DNA of 64,000 nt from an uncultured Candidatus Saccharibacteria bacterium (GTDB lineage Bacteria > Patescibacteriota > Saccharimonadia > Saccharimonadales > CAYUUR01): NCBI GenBank assembly GCA_964448075.1, contig CAYUUR010000004.1, positions 4,419 through 68,418 on the forward strand, written 5' to 3'. This document shows, in pieces, positions 63,987 through 64,000 of this stretch. Position 1 is the first letter of the stretch, and every line of letters begins with the position of its first letter. The notes beneath the pieces were generated by a model. It did no database searches and was not told where the DNA came from. It saw nothing but the letters and a program-made list of their open reading frames with translations. The position numbers and the translations under genes were made by a program.

Positions 63987-64000
63987 CTAACCTGTGTTCG

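Overview
This is a 64-kb, gene-dense chromosomal segment with about 60 protein genes and 5 tRNAs. I found no rRNA, CRISPR array, transposase or integrase. TAA, TAG and TGA all terminate well-conserved genes, so the standard bacterial code applies. The content includes the Hsp70 system, enolase, a D-lactate-type dehydrogenase fused to phosphoglycerate mutase, recA/recX, ruvC/ruvA/ruvB and ComEC. It also includes a complete secretin-less type IV pilus set, a sortase with LAxTG substrates, very large repeat-rich surface proteins, and many overlapping start/stop codons. This fits a reduced-genome, monoderm-like Patescibacteria/CPR organism, most plausibly Saccharibacteria; that is an inference from gene content only. 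Main observations: (1) tRNA-Lys and tRNA-His are each followed by a 136/137-nt module bracketed by exact 17/19-nt direct repeats of the tRNA 3' end. The two modules share collinear sequence blocks and a hairpin with compensatory changes. tRNA-Arg carries a related but scrambled, terminator-bounded structured region. (2) A GGDEF cyclase sits next to three ATP-grasp peptide ligases (CphA-like, LAL-like, RimK), a RimB-like protease and a DUF192 protein. (3) Tandem CSLREA/beta-helix surface-protein paralogs differ in their LADTG anchor: fused in one copy, and a separate small signal-peptide protein in the other. (4) Four minor-pilin genes, including a 618-aa LamG-tipped one, are wedged between ruvC and ruvAB. 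(5) A membrane-anchored double lamin-tail-domain protein with four 26-aa Cys/Arg repeats lies beside ComEC. (6) A VKOR gene is embedded in the dnaK-dnaJ operon, and a zinc metallopeptidase gene is broken by one in-frame TAA. All coordinates and motifs were read by eye from the sequence and ORF track. No database search was run.
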